From Schmidtea polychroa (Eukaryota), in assembly GCA_044892525.1 (NCBI GenBank), contig CM097885.1, forward strand, positions 237,214,001-237,278,000: a stretch of DNA of 64,000 bases, in the 5' to 3' direction. A program made the position numbers and the translations under genes. The notes below the pieces were generated by a model. That model was given only the letters and a program-made list of their open reading frames with translations, ran no database searches and was not told the DNA's origin. Below, piece by piece: positions 63,740 to 64,000 of the stretch (position 1 is its first letter; the number at the start of each line of letters is the position of its first letter).

Positions 63740-63872
63740 CAGCGATAGGACCCGTGAGGAAGCCCCCACATTCCGGCCCAATCCAGCTGCGCGATTGAAA
63801 AACCAGCATACCCACCAGTCTGAGCATCCCGAAGGTACCTCAAACCATGATATGCTGAATCTCAATTCAGCG
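63740..63872 (-). ncRNA. Two-hairpin structured RNA element, copy 3
   Basis: Stem CAGCAUAUC/GGUAUGCUG, UUCG loop; GUGGGG-GCUU-CCUCAC. Confidence 0.65.
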
Positions 63873-64000
63873 GTACTAACGTTCGTAATCAGTTAGTATA
63901 AAAATTGAACACAATAAAAATTATTATTTAATACCTGCAACTAAATGAAATTAAACAATTAAAAGAAAATATCAAAAGAAAATTTAACTAAAAATTTTAT

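Overview
Very AT-rich eukaryotic genomic window with long (AAT)n tracts and 40-50 bp introns; a planarian-like host is my inference. It is almost entirely nested mobile DNA. 1-9204 is the right part of a Polinton/Maverick (core protein, major capsid, adenain, a spliced pPolB gene, AGT-type terminus) inserted into the penton gene of a second Polinton. Next come a BEL/Pao fragment, a TTC39-like exon, solo LTRs, a full-length Gypsy with 123-bp LTRs (14640-22066), two near-identical intact hATm-type transposons, a decayed hAT, three hAT MITEs, a Tc1/IS630 remnant and a C8orf82-like exon. A 12-kb non-coding foldback Polinton derivative (40532-52568) has a 6-bp TSD. An unrecognised repeat family (about 22.5-28.5, 30.5-38.5, 58.5-62.6 and 63.3-63.9 kb) has LTR-like TGTTGGG...CCCAACA ends, a CCAAT/TATA promoter, a strongly covarying two-hairpin RNA structure and a CxxC/coiled-coil/Arg-rich/acidic ORF. 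This family is the best candidate for an undescribed system. All alignments were done by eye.
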